64,000 nt of DNA from Vitrella brassicaformis CCMP3155 (lineage: Eukaryota; Protista; Chromerida), in NCBI GenBank assembly GCA_001179505.1, contig CDMY01000386.1, positions 1-64,000 on the forward strand, in the 5' to 3' direction. The position numbers were made by a program, and so were the translations under genes. Under the pieces are notes generated by a model. It did not search any database. It was not told the origin of the DNA and worked only from the letters and a program-made list of their open reading frames with translations. Below, one piece after another: positions 1 to 11,859 of this stretch. The first letter of the stretch is position 1. Each line of letters begins with the position of its first letter.

Positions 1-348
1 GTTTGAGTCTGCGTGCTGATGGGACTGTATTTGTATGAGTATCACGGACACACAGACGAGTGTTACGGTTAATGACAGTTTCCCCCCCACCAGAAAGGAG
101 CACAGAGTGCCAGGCAGAGCTTCCCACGTGCCGTCTTGTCTGCGGTACAGTAGTGGCAACGGGGCGCGGACCATCCCGTAACGTAGAAGAGGTTGATGCT
201 CTCGGCAAGATGCCCAGCCACTACATCAATCAAGTGCCGACTGCTCTCGCTCCCTCCCACACGCGACGACGACTCGCAAAAGACAGCAGTGGCTCACAAA
301 CGATGAAGAAGGCCAGCGAAAGAAAAAAGCAAAAAAGACGGGGCAGGG

Positions 349-882
349 ATCCCCAACGCTGCGCGCCCGCTCCCCGGGCTCAGGCGGCCGTCTCCTGCTG
401 GTCCTGGGGATGCGGATGCCGAATGCCGGGTCGCAATGCGATGGTGAGTAACTCTCACCTCGCCTTGCGACAGATCACCGTGAGAAACGCCCCCGGGCCC
501 TGCACAGCTCAGGGCCAGATCAAAAACATCATCACCACGAACATCACGCGTCCACGGTGGTGTGGCCGCCTCTCCAAAAGGCGTCATCAGGAGGCGCGAT
601 CCACACGCGAGCTCGCAGCTCGCGTGTGGCAGATCCAGGATCCCGTGAGCCCTCACCGCTCACGCTCCGCTGGGGGATCCTACGGTACCGGACGAAACGT
701 CCTCAAACCTCCGAATCCCCAACGCTGCGCGCCCGCTCCCCGGGCTCAGGCGGCCGTCTCCTGCTGGTCCTGGGGATGCGGATGCCGAATGCCGGGTCGC
801 AATGCGATGGTGAGTAACTCTCACCTCGCCTTGCGACAGATCACCGTGAGAAACGCCCCCGGGCCCTGCACAGCTCAGGGCC
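349..882. repeat. 168-bp direct duplication (349-516 and 715-882) flanking one copy of the ~200-bp hairpin module
   Basis: ATCCCCAACGCTGCGCGCCC...CACAGCTCAGGGCC occurs twice, apparently identical, and explains the repeated peptide in ORF 60..944. Confidence 0.9.
517..713. repeat. ~200-bp dispersed module containing a 13-bp perfect hairpin; further copies near 4028-4240, 5078-5211 (interrupted) and 6886-7098
   Basis: AGATCAAAAACATCATCACCACGAAC...CAAACCTCCGA recurs four times. Hairpin CCACACGCGAGCT-CGC-AGCTCGCGTGTGG is at 601-629, 4128-4156, 5166-5194 and 6986-7014. Confidence 0.85.
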
Positions 883-2580
883 TGGGGCAACGCCCACATC
901 CCACCTCGCCCACCGGACCGACAGAGGGAGGTGCGGTGGTGTGAGGCGTAAAGAGGGAAGGGGGAGATGAAGGAAGAGAGGATGATCGGAGCATGTGCGC
1001 TCTCATTAGTCAGTCGGGTCGGCCCGGATCCCGGTAAATGTGGACGATTGTGGGGGCAGACCGCCGGTCGTGATGCCTTCCTCGCCATCGATGATAGCCG
1101 CGCCTATGGCACTGATGCGTCACGGTCGCCGAATCTGAATGTCATATGGCAATCGGCGTCATCTTGATATCGATCCTGGCGGAGTGTCGGCCAACCAGAG
1201 ACCGTCATGGACGAAAAGTTGCCGCTGCCTGCGTTTTGCCTTTGTCAGGCGTGAGCAGGTCTTCGCGGGCTTCTGCGGAAGCGTGGACTGGAGACAGACA
1301 CTCGCTGTCGGTTGATGTGTGGTGTGAAAGTGTGCTACGACCAGGGACCGACAGTCGGTCGATATGCAGGGTGAGAGTTACGACCAGAGGCGGCTAGAGC
1401 TGTGCCGCCGTTTGCGATGCGGTGTGAGAGACGTGGTAAGGAGACAGGCTGATTGCCATAGCCGCCCCCCGGGAGGGCCATTGATGTCTGGCTGGAATGG
1501 GAGGGGACGTCGCCGTAATGTAATCAGACAAGAGGGCCCCAGCGTGCGAATTTGTACACAAGAGCTGAAGAGCGCGAGTGTCATGCGCAAGGAGATCCAG
1601 AACAGACTGCCCCTGCCAGGACATGAGAGCATCCGAAGCGGATAGGAGACCCGCTGGGCGAGATGTATTATGGCCGACTGCCACTGCCAGCCTGAGGGGA
1701 AAAGGGCAAAGGGCCGCCCTCGTGAGTGTCGTGACAAGGCTCGAGACGGCCGAATGTGCTGCTGTTGGCATACATAGGAGGCCGACGGGTCACCAAGCTT
1801 TGCGATATGCCAAGCGTAAGGGCTGTCACGCACTTGTGGAGACGACGGAAAGTGCGCGAGAGAAAAGGGTAGGCCAAAAAGGAGGGCCTGCCTTCACGCA
1901 ATGTCAACTTCGAGGGTTGCAAAGGACAGGGTTCCCCAGTCGGCCGGCAGAACACGAAGAGCGACCTTCCCGCGAATGTCGTGTGTGTGAGACCCCTCCT
2001 GGCCGCGAAGGCCTCATCGAGGAGTGAGTCCCGCAATGCCCCTGGCCGCGAAGGCCTTATGAGATGATAGAGAGTGTTAGTGTAGGACCCCGAAGATGAG
2101 AGTGCCGCACCTGCGCGAATGCGGTATGTGAGAGCTGAGATAAGCTGAGACAAGCTGAGACAAGGCAGAGTGCCTGTTTCTGGCAGAGAACGCGAATATC
2201 GTGCGTGAGAGTAACGCCGGGAAGGTAAGGAAAAAGACGTTGATCCATGCGAATGCCGTGCGTGAGCGTGAGCGTGAAAGAAGGCAGAGTACTAATGTCA
2301 GGGTACCCAAGAGACGAAAACGCTGATCACGTGAGCGTCATCGGGGGTGGCACAGGTGCACCAGGAGAGCCGCTGTTAGGGCGGAGAGGAGACAAAAGGG
2401 GGGGAGCTGCCCCACCACGAATGTCGTCCGGAGTGCCCAATGAGGCGGATAAGACGACGGGTGCCCATAATGTGGCACGTAGAAGAGACGGAAGGGCCGC
2501 TCAACGTCCGGCAGCCCAGAATAAGATAGATAAGACGACAAGTGCCAGTGCTATGGCACGTAGAAGAGACGGAAGCAGGT

Positions 2581-2910
2581 GCCGACGCCGTGGCACACAA
2601 GGAGGCGAGACGTGCCGATGCCGTGGCACACAGAGAGACGACAAGTGCCAATGCCGTGGCACACAGCGATGCGAGACGTGCCGATGCCGTGGCACACAGC
2701 GATGCGAGAAGTGCCGATGCCGTGGCACACAGAGATGCAAGAAGTGCCGACCTCGTGGCAGACAGAGATCCGAGACGTGCCGATGTCGTGGCACACAGAG
2801 ATGCGAGAAGTGCCGACGCCGTGGCACATAGAGAGACGAGACGCGCCGATGCCGTGGCACACAGAGAGACGACAGGTGCCGATGCAGTGGCACATAGAGA
2901 GAGACAAGAG
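2581..2910. repeat. 33-bp minisatellite, 10 units
   Basis: Unit approximates GCCGATGCCGTGGCACACAGAGATGCGAGAAGT. Unit 1 starts at 2581 and unit 10 at 2878. It reads as (ADAVAHRDARS)n in ORF 2542..3309. Confidence 0.9.
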
Positions 2911-3125
2911 CCGCTGCCGCGCGAATTGACGTACGCGAGGGCCCAAAGAGAGAGAGACAAGAGCCGCTGCCGCGCGAATCGACGTACGCGGGGGCACACA
3001 GAGAGAGAGAGACAAGAGCTGCCGCGCGAATCGACGTACGCGGGGGCACACAGAGAGAGAGAGACAAGAGCCGCTGCCACGCGAATCGACGTACGCGGGG
3101 GCACAGAGAGAGAGAGACAAGAGCC
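2901..3125. repeat. ~53-bp minisatellite, about 4 units
   Basis: GAGACAAGAGCCGCTGCCGCGCGAATCGACGTACGCGGGGGCACACA(GA)n with periods 53, 55, 52 and 53. Confidence 0.85.
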
Positions 3126-3708
3126 GTTGGAGGTAGTACTGCAGGCCGTTGTCGCATGCAACGTCTCGTCCAACGCGCGGGACGAGACCGTCACCGGTCG
3201 ACGTACGGGGACACTGAAGGTAAGACAGAGGAAGACACCTCATGCCTGCATCCATGCCTCTCCCTCATACAGAGAGGGGAAGGGCTGCTCGACCTCGTCC
3301 GGGAGCTGAGATAAGACGAGAAGTGCCAAGGCCGTGGCGCACAGACGAGAGAAAAAAGGGCCGCTATCGTGCGCGATGGCCCATATAAGACAGAGAATGC
3401 CGCGAAGGCGGTTGAAAGAATATTGAATATAAACGGAAGATACACACACACACACACACACACAAAACAACAACCACAACAACAACCCCACCCCCCCCAC
3501 CCCCCCAAGGTTAAGTAGATGCATGAAACGGGCGACGAAGTTCGTCTAAGCATCAGTTCGTATCAAGCAAATGAGGCGAAACAAGACATGCAGAAACAAC
3601 GGACAGCGCTCGTTGACTGCGAAAAACATGTCGCACACTGCAAACAAGCGCGAGACATGCAACATGACACGCACATTCAGAACCCAGGTCCAGCCAGCCA
3701 CCTTAAGT

Positions 3709-4458
3709 ACCCTCCCGTTTTACCTTACCGCGACTGGATGCGTGGTGCCGAACGGTCGGAGCCTCGAAGGTGGACGAGTTGCTGCTGAAGAAGGCTGGGG
3801 CTGGTAGCGGGGAACGAAGATCTCCGGCCCGGACGGTACATTTCGTTGGAAGAAGGCCGTGGGAAGAAGGATGAAGCCCCAAAGAGCGCCGCGGAAGCCC
3901 GAGGAGGCGATAAAGGGGGAGGGGCAAGTGCCGGTTGGCTGCGTCGGTGCCCCGATGCACCGGAAAGGCACGAAGAAGAGAGAAGTCCGCTGGGAGTCCA
4001 CTCGGCCGCAATTCGAGCCTCCGCCCAAGATCAAAAACATCATCACCACGAACATCACGCGTCCACGGTGTTGTGGCCGCCTCTCCAAAAGGCGTCGGTT
4101 GGTTATTGCGTCATCAGGAGGCGCGATCCACACGCGAGCTCGCAGCTCGCGTGTGGCAGATCCAGGATCCCGTGAGCCCTCACCGCTCACGCTCCGCTGG
4201 GGGATCCTACGGTACCGGACGAAACGTCCTCAAACCTCCGAGCCTCAAGCGCGCGAATTCTCGACAGCGGCCTCTTCCAAGCTTAGTTCGGGGAGTTCTG
4301 ATATGCGCTTATGGAAGTGGAAGGCGAGGAGCCTGAGGGCTCAAGAGAGTTCGACGATGAGCCTGATTGGAATGACGTCGATTTCAAGCCGTCCGACATC
4401 TTGGTGGCGGCCCTGCGCACCGAAAAGGGCATTGGTCTGCTGACGCTGCTGCCCGCCT
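3709..4458. repeat. Block reiterated at 4759-5211 (diverged) and 6801-7316 (apparently identical); includes a duplicate of the 5' end of the 7169 gene
   Basis: 3943-4458 matches 6801-7316 (offset 2858). 3709-~4170 matches 4759-5211 with several substitutions and indels. Confidence 0.85.
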
Positions 4459-4758
4459 NNNNNNNNNNNNNNNNNNNNNNNNNNNNNNNNNNNNNNNNNN
4501 NNNNNNNNNNNNNNNNNNNNNNNNNNNNNNNNNNNNNNNNNNNNNNNNNNNNNNNNNNNNNNNNNNNNNNNNNNNNNNNNNNNNNNNNNNNNNNNNNNNN
4601 NNNNNNNNNNNNNNNNNNNNNNNNNNNNNNNNNNNNNNNNNNNNNNNNNNNNNNNNNNNNNNNNNNNNNNNNNNNNNNNNNNNNNNNNNNNNNNNNNNNN
4701 NNNNNNNNNNNNNNNNNNNNNNNNNNNNNNNNNNNNNNNNNNNNNNNNNNNNNNNNNN
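4459..4758. other. Assembly gap (300 N)
   Basis: Run of N. Confidence 1.
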
Positions 4759-5211
4759 ACCCTCCCGTTCTACCTTACCGCGACTGGATGCGTGGTGCCG
4801 AAGGGTCGGAGCCTCGAAGGTGGACGAGTTGCTGCTGAAGAAGGCTGGGGCTGGTAGCGGGGAACGAAGATCTCCGGCCCGGACGGTACATTTCGTTGGA
4901 AGAAGGCCGTGGGAAGAAGGATGAAGCCCCAAAGGGCGCCGCGGAGGCCCGAGGTGGCGATAAAGGGGGAGGGGCAAGTGCCGGTTGGCTGCGTCGGTGC
5001 CCCGATGCACCGGAAAGGCGACGAAGAGGAGAGAAGTCCGCTGGGAGTCCACTCGGCCGCCGTTCGAGCCTCCGCCCAAGATCAAAAACATCATCACCAC
5101 GAACATCACGCGTCGACGGTGGTGTGGCCGCGTCCTCTCCAAAAGGCGTCATCAGGAGGCGCGATCCACACGCGAGCTCGCAGCTCGCGTGTGGCAGATC
5201 CAGGATCCCGT

Positions 5212-6500
5212 TGTCAGGATTGCCAGCTTGGCAAGACGAACCACTGCGAGCTTGTGAGCTAGGGTAGATTGCTGTGTAACGGAGAGAGAGAGGTGGAGAG
5301 AGGAGAAGACAAGGAAAGACAAGGAAAGCATTCTGAGGAGACACGATCTTATCAGCCATCACCGAAGTGAGATCTGTGTTGACCACCCTTCATGATGCCA
5401 TACATGGACAGAAACAACTTTGACTGCCTGACCAGTCCATCGGTCTTATGAAAGTAAAAGCACTCTTACTCTGGGACTTACCGCCCAGCAGATCCTCTAT
5501 TCAGCTAACTACAGGAAAGGTCCTCACCGGCCTTTTCGCACATGGGCGCAGCAACTTGGTTCTTGCTTATCTGAGCCGAAGTCTTCGCCAGCTGACTGAC
5601 AGATCCTAACAGGTCTATCAGTGTCTTGCGCAGTATCAGCAGCAGTCAACTACTAGCAGTATCTGAAGAAAGACAATAACTACATCAACAAAGCAGACAG
5701 CAGAGATGACACTCAATCTCGAGACAAAGGCCACCTTCCCCTTTACTACCGGCAGGAGTGGCGAGAACGACATCAAGTGGCGTGAATGGGACTTTACTCT
5801 CAGAGCCTACTTAGCAGCAAGAGAGATGGATGTGAAAGTCTATCTACCTACTAAGGATGAGGACGTCCCGCCGATGAAGATAGCGGTGCCACAGATGGAT
5901 GGCAATAATCAGCCCGTGGTGAACCAGCAGGGACAGCCAATCCTGATTGAGCAGGAGAGCTCCAACGCCAAGAACCTCCGATGGCTGTTCGGCTTCCTCG
6001 CCCTGCAGACAGCAGACAAGGCCAAGCGACTGATTCAAGAAGCATACCAGAAGCACGGCGAGAATGGTGCATGGGCGTATCTAGAACTGCGGAAGCGGTT
6101 CATACCTGATCGTATCGTATGCAAGCACGAGCTCTTGCAGCGATTCTTCAGCTGGAAGATGATCAAGGACGATCTCGACGACGCCCTTGGCGACTTCAGC
6201 TATCTCGTCAGCCGCCTTCATGAAGTCGGATCAACAGTGCCAGACGAGACGATGATCGCCGTCATGCTATCGGCATTGCCTGAGAGATTCGACATGTTCA
6301 AGGCAACCATGGCGCATGAGTCAGCATCCCGCGCGTATCGTGGAGAAGCACTGACGTGGCCGCAATTTGAAGAAGCTCTTCGTAACGCGAATGACCGCAT
6401 GAAACAGCTGCGAAGAGAGCAACGAGACCGTCAACATCAGCAGAGGGGCCGTCCATCCGGAAGACAACATGACCGTCAAGACCAGCGTAGTCAGCATGAT
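5212..6500 (+). mobile_element. Ty1/Copia-like LTR retrotransposon, 5' part (5' LTR 5212-5611 plus gag), truncated by gap
   Basis: Begins TGTCAGGAT exactly where other copies of the host module continue (...GGATCCCGT|GAGCCC). The ~400-bp segment ends ATCCTAACA, an 8/9 terminal inverted repeat with TG...CA ends, and a gag-like ORF follows. Confidence 0.8.
5706..6500 (+). CDS. Copia-type Gag (DUF4219/Retrotran_gag_2-like), 3' end lost in gap
   Basis: Intronless ORF with KWREWDFTLRAYLAAREM, GAWAYLELRKRF and MIAVMLSALPERFDMFKATM, typical of Copia gag, then an R/Q-rich basic linker. The ORF-track extension across the gap to 7301 is an artefact. Confidence 0.75.
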
Positions 6501-6800
6501 NNNNNNNNNNNNNNNNNNNNNNNNNNNNNNNNNNNNNNNNNNNNNNNNNNNNNNNNNNNNNNNNNNNNNNNNNNNNNNNNNNNNNNNNNNNNNNNNNNNN
6601 NNNNNNNNNNNNNNNNNNNNNNNNNNNNNNNNNNNNNNNNNNNNNNNNNNNNNNNNNNNNNNNNNNNNNNNNNNNNNNNNNNNNNNNNNNNNNNNNNNNN
6701 NNNNNNNNNNNNNNNNNNNNNNNNNNNNNNNNNNNNNNNNNNNNNNNNNNNNNNNNNNNNNNNNNNNNNNNNNNNNNNNNNNNNNNNNNNNNNNNNNNNN
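6501..6800. other. Assembly gap (300 N)
   Basis: Run of N. Confidence 1.
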
Positions 6801-7168
6801 GTCGGTGCCCCGATGCACCGGAAAGGCACGAAGAAGAGAGAAGTCCGCTGGGAGTCCACTCGGCCGCAATTCGAGCCTCCGCCCAAGATCAAAAACATCA
6901 TCACCACGAACATCACGCGTCCACGGTGTTGTGGCCGCCTCTCCAAAAGGCGTCGGTTGGTTATTGCGTCATCAGGAGGCGCGATCCACACGCGAGCTCG
7001 CAGCTCGCGTGTGGCAGATCCAGGATCCCGTGAGCCCTCACCGCTCACGCTCCGCTGGGGGATCCTACGGTACCGGACGAAACGTCCTCAAACCTCCGAG
7101 CCTCAAGCGCGCGAATTCTCGACAGCGGCCTCTTCCAAGCTTAGTTCGGGGAGTTCTGATATGCGCTT

Positions 7169-9958
7169 ATGGAAGTGGAAGGCGAGGAGCCTGAGGGCTC
7201 AAGAGAGTTCGACGATGAGCCTGATTGGAATGACGTCGATTTCAAGCCGTCCGACATCTTGGTGGCGGCCCTGCGCACCGAAAAGGGCATTGGTCTGCTG
7301 ACGCTGCTGCCCGCCTATGACCCGACCTTCTGTGGCTACAGCGCGGGGCGGTTTGGTGCATCCGTGGACTTCCCCGTCCGCTCGCCCTCGTCGGGAAACT
7401 TCCCCTTTGGACCGATCTCGCTGGCTCGGCGGGCAGACCCCGGTGGTGACGATGATGATGATGACGACAACGACGACCGGCATGACGCCCTTGTCTGTGC
7501 CCTTTGGCACCAGACTCTTGAGTCACGGTCAGCGGTCTTCTCAACCGATGAGAGCGGCAGTCTGATCGGCAGAGAGGCCGTCAACAAGATCGGCGGGTCA
7601 GAGGAGCCGCTGTGCATGGTCGAGGTGATTGCCGGCTCCAGTGGGTCAGCCGGCATCATGTGTCTGGCGTACCAACACGTTGGCAATCGCCAGAAGGGCA
7701 TTCCCTACCTCACCAAGGGCAGGGTGGATATGGACACCGATGGCTCGGCCTCCTTCCTTGTGGGACATGTGGAGAGGAACATCAAGTGCTGGCCACTGGT
7801 GAGTCGGCCCGGCCACACAGCTGCATTGCATGTATGAGTGCATGCATGACACACACACATGGGTGGACTTTCAGACTGTTCGCTGTTCGCTCGCTGGCTG
7901 GGCTGTGTGCGTTCATTCAGGAGGAGGGGAAGGTTAGTACGATGCGTGTTGTGGATGCGGAAGACGCCCTGTGGCTGCTGGTCTTGATGGGAGACTTCCA
8001 GAGGGGAACTCCGCAGGAGAGCAGGGCACAGATGAGGGTGCTGCCGCTGCTGGGCGGCACCAACATCACAATCGAAACCACATACGATGTGGTCTTTGAG
8101 GAGGCGCTGCAGATAACGTCCTTCGCAACCTACCACAAGGTCCGTGAGGATCGGCCGAGAGAGACTGAAATCGTCCATGTGGGTTCGATTCGCGAATCAT
8201 GTCATGTGTGTTTTGTTTCGTCAGGGCAGGGAGCGTCAGTACCTCTTTGTCGCCACCGGTGGATTGCTGGCTGAGCAGCGGCTGCGCCGCTTTCGCTACG
8301 ACGAGTCAGCCGAGCAGCCCCCTCATTCTGAGCCACCACCATCCAACCACCCGACAAAGCTTACCCGCAGTATGCCGCCTCCCTATGGACGCTTTGTGAG
8401 CGACCTCAACCAGCCGCTCTACCCACGCTGGGAGAGTCGGGCGTTGGGCAAGAGCCGCCCTGAGGGGAAGGAGAGCCTGCCAACGTGCATGCAGACGGAC
8501 GACATGGTGGTTGTAGACACGGGGAGGGAGGAGACCTCCCATTTGGTGCTGCCGGCGAGAAGGGACGCGACCCAGGCCAACAACTGCATCAACGTCTACT
8601 CCCTCGATCTGGTCCTGCTGCACCAGGTGCACATCAAGGGCACACACACGCCATTCGCACTCGGGTGAGTGGGTGAAGTAAGACAAAGGATGTGCATAAG
8701 GTCCCCTGTGTCATGTGTGTGTGTGTGTGTGTGTGATGTTCAGGGTGTTCCGTCGGGAGTCTCTGACTGACAACCTCTGGGACGCTCTCTCGACCAGCCC
8801 CCTACTCGACTCATCTCTCGACGACGTCATCCTGACCCAAGACGAGATCGAGAAAGGGAGAGAATCCCGCAGGAGGGGCGGCAGGAAGAACAGCAGACCA
8901 CGGACTGATGCTGGCGGCTCCTCCTCCTTCGGAGCGTCCGTTCCGCCCGCATCTGAGCATGATGCGACGTCATCAGCAGCAGCAGCAGCAGCAGAACCTC
9001 CTGCTGCTTCGGCCGCCGCCGCTGCTGCGGCCGCTCCTGCACCGTTGCCCAAGCGGAAGGGCAAGCGTGGCCTGCCACGAAAGAATGCTGACGAGCCTGA
9101 GGCGGCGGAGTCGTCGAGAGGGGGATCGTCGCCGTCGAGGGCGTCGAAGAAGCGGAGGGATGCGGGCGAGAGGGTACGTTGGGAGGACTTGACGACACAG
9201 GACTTATTGCTGTTCCTCACCCACCACCGGTGCCAGGAGCTGCACAAACTCGCCCCCCTCTTCGAAAAGGCACGTAGTAGTTAGTAACACAATCCACTGC
9301 ATCTGTCTACACATCCTCATGTTGTCCCCCTGCCTGCCTGCCTGCCGGCCGGCCGGCCTTCTGATGTGTCCATTCAGGAGCGGGAGACGTTTGCCAATGT
9401 GTACGAGGGGCTCCGCGATCACGCAGTGCACTTCCGCACCTACTACGGCTGCCTTCTGTCGCTGGGCTGCATCCTGTGCCTCTACTTCGAGCTCGATTCC
9501 CTGCACGAGCGAGCTGTCAAGGAGGGCGGCATCCTGCGTGCAGACATTCACGATCCGCCCGCCACGAGCGCCACATCAGAGCAGCGGCTGCACACCATGA
9601 AGCCCGACTCAGTCAACGCTGTGCTGTCACAAAACTTCCGCAAACGCGCCGATGCATTCCTGCACGTGGGTACTGGGGTGATGGACATTCGTGGCCATGT
9701 GCGTCGTTGCCTGTGTTTACCTGGGTGTGTGGTCAGGAGGAGATTTCTGGGTACGTGTTGGAGAAACTGCTGTGCATTGGCAAGGCCAAGAGCAGCATGC
9801 AGGATTGGGTCAAGGAGACCATGAAGGCGCTGCAGTCGCTCCCGGAGGGCAGCAGTAGTCGCGTCCAGTTGCTGAATGAGTCTGACAGGCTGCAGATACA
9901 GTCCAAGCTGGAGAAGGACTACAACATCCAAGTGCGCAGGACGCGCGTGTGGGACTGA
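7169..9958 (+). CDS. Hypothetical multi-exon protein (about 6 exons)
   Basis: In-frame spliced path MEVEGEEPEG...IKCWPL | EEGKVSTMR...ATYHK | GRERQYLFV...PFALG | VFRRESLTD...LAPLFEK | ERETFANVY...DAFLH | EEISGYVLE...RTRVWD*. Introns are canonical except one inferred GC-AG at 9270. No family recognised. Confidence 0.65.
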
Positions 9959-10226
9959 CTGACTGGCTGATGGGAGTCTCTGCAGAGTGACTGCTTAAGG
10001 GGAGGGAGGGAGGGAGGGAGGGGAGAAGACTGTTCACTGTGTGTCAGTCGTTGGTTGCTGGGTCTGCATGTGTTTTCAAACACTATGACATTCGGTCATT
10101 CGGTGGTTTTGGTCGATACTCCTGACTGTCCCATCTATAGGTCTCCCGCCCTGCCTTGAGATGAAGTCAATCGCGCTAATGCTCCGAGCTCAACCTGCGA
10201 GCTAAGCCGGATTTGGAGGAGGCGAG

Positions 10227-11859
10227 ATGGTGGCTTTGTGCCTGGCTCGGGAGGTTGACGGCGGCCCCGTGCCGTCTAGCCGTGGAGGAAGAACAGCCAC
10301 CACGACGACCACCATCATGGCCCCTCTGCCGCTGACACCAGCTGTGACCGGCAGTGGTGCTGTGGAGCGGCGGGGCAGTGGCAGTGGCACTACTAGTGGA
10401 GGTGGAGGTGGCAGTTTGGAGAGCAGCCGGCCGGTGGATCAGTGGTACAAGACCAAGCTGTGCCCCTTCTTCAAGCGCAAGCGGTGCAACAAAGGCCTCG
10501 CCTGCAACTACGCACACAGCCGGGCGGAGCTGCGCACGCTGCCGGACCTCGCCAAAACAAGGTGGGTGGGTGGCCAGATGCCGCACAAACAAGACACAAG
10601 AGAAACAAATGGCTGGTCCACTGTCCTGTCACACGTGTGTGTGTGTTGGTTGCTATCAGTATCTGTGACGCGTATTTGAAGGGCGCGTGTGGCAACAAGG
10701 ACTGCAAGTTTGCGCACGGGGCGAGCGAGCTGCGCGTCACGCCCGACTACTACAAGACCAAACCCTGCCACAACTGGCAAGACGGTCAGTCAGCACACAG
10801 GGAAGCAGACGCTCACCAGTTATGTGTCCGCTCGACCCTCAATCGTGGGTGTGTCTGCTTGTTTATTTGCGTGTGTCTGCGTGTTTTGCCAGTAGGGTTT
10901 TGCCCGTACGGCGAATCATGCCGACACGCACACGGGGAGGCCGACCGACGTCCCAGAGTGTAAGCGCAGCACACCACAGCACAGCACAGCGTTTTGGCCG
11001 GCCGTCCTGCGTGGCTTCATTGCATTGGTGGTGTGTCGTTGGTTCAGGTACCGTGCCACCGCCCAGGAGCGTCACCTGGCACGTGACTACCGCGAGTCCA
11101 AGGGGCAGGACAAGGCCACCAAGCAGGCCCACCCTGGGGCACCACCACCCAAGAAGCCCCCGCCACTACTCAGCACACTCATCCCGCACCCCACCACCAC
11201 CACCATCACAACCATCGGCACCGCGGGCAAGGCCATCACCGCCCAGCACACACCCGCTCCCCTCACCCACCAGCACCAGCATCACCACAGCAACAGCCCC
11301 TCCTCTGCATCGACCACATCCACGCAGGCCAGCCAAACATTCGCGCTCCTCTACGCCACCACACCCACACACGCGCAGATACCAACAACTGACGCCAACG
11401 GCAAAGCGGCCACGGTCGGCGTGAGTGTGTGGGAGTGCGGACGCAGGGAGAGCAGCACGAGCACGATCCTCGACGCATCCGAGAGCGACTCGACACACGC
11501 ATCGACACCACAGTCGGCCTCGATGGTCCCGGCGTGCCCGGTGGTTGGCCCGGCCAGCGCCTTCTTCGCCCACTCGAGCCACAAGGGTGGTGACGAGTGC
11601 GACGAGGACTACCTCCGGGGGTCGTTCATGTGCCAGTGGGACATACAGAAGGCGCCCAGAGGTGCTGGTGCTGCTGGTGGTGGGAGTGCGGGGGTGATGG
11701 TGAGGCAGGGTACTGGCCAAAGCCCTCTGCTGCAGCCGGACCATGTGGTGCTCGACGGTGAGAAGAATCGCACACACAGAGAGAGGACCATGATGGCGTC
11801 TTCAAAGTGGTGTGTTTGTATGTCTGTGTGCAGTCGTGAACGCCATTTTGGAGGACTAG
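10227..11859 (+). CDS. Triple CCCH zinc-finger protein (TIS11/ZFP36-like tandem fingers, probable RNA binder)
   Basis: Fingers YKTKLCPFFKRKRCNKGLACNYAH, KTSICDAYLKGACGNKDCKFAH and YKTKPCHNWQDGFCPYGESCRHAH. Exons approx. 10227-10561, 10660-10784, 10896-10959, 11048-~11757, 11834-11859. Confidence 0.85.

Noticed and set aside
960-2300. Several 60-160-aa ORFs
   Set aside because: No recognisable domains or consistent splice structure; probably degenerate repeat-derived sequence.
2581-3125. Possible CRISPR-like array
   Set aside because: Units are contiguous degenerate tandem repeats without unique spacers, in a eukaryotic context with no cas genes.
5706-7301. 531-aa ORF spanning the N gap
   Set aside because: It artificially joins gag to an unrelated repeat copy across 300 N; other gap-spanning ORFs were rejected for the same reason.
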